Shown here one piece after another: positions 63,951-64,000 of a stretch of 64,000 nt of DNA. Within the stretch, counting starts at the first letter, position 1. Every line of letters starts with the position of its first letter. Below the pieces are notes generated by a model, which was given only the letters and a program-made list of their open reading frames with translations, searched no databases and was not told the origin of the DNA. The DNA comes from Octopus vulgaris (lineage: Eukaryota), in the NCBI GenBank assembly GCA_951406725.2, contig OX597835.1:40176001-40240000 (forward strand), in the 5' to 3' direction. Position numbers and translations under genes: made by a program.

Positions 63951-64000
63951 ATCTCAATGTAACTGGAATGAAAAAGCTGACAAACCCATGGTCATAGTTA

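Overview
AT-rich, microsatellite- and transposon-dense animal genomic DNA. The SINE/LINE families look cephalopod, probably Octopus (inference). I can support two protein-coding genes, both on the minus strand. (1) A complete 8-exon GH29 alpha-L-fucosidase, 61670->38297. The exons were joined by hand: all introns are GT-AG, phases are compatible, CDS 1455 nt, 484 aa. (2) The first coding exon of tankyrase, 22590->22377, whose intron runs off the left edge. The rest is mostly tRNA-SINEs, RTE, CR1/L2 and R4-type LINE pieces, mariner, Tc1 and DD37D fossils, Merlin, piggyBac and Tc2 MITEs, a Helitron relic and a solo LTR. The main unexplained signal is a set of short non-coding cassettes, mostly in or beside (TA)n tracts, many of them fold-back palindromes. 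Several carry type I hammerhead ribozyme folds, including back-to-back ribozymes on opposite strands and a repeated core variant (CUGUNGA plus an extra A). They resemble Penelope-like pseudo-LTR or retrozyme-like relics from several different families. About a dozen long inverted repeats lie in the window, many inside introns. Most ORFs in the supplied track are microsatellite or repeat artefacts.
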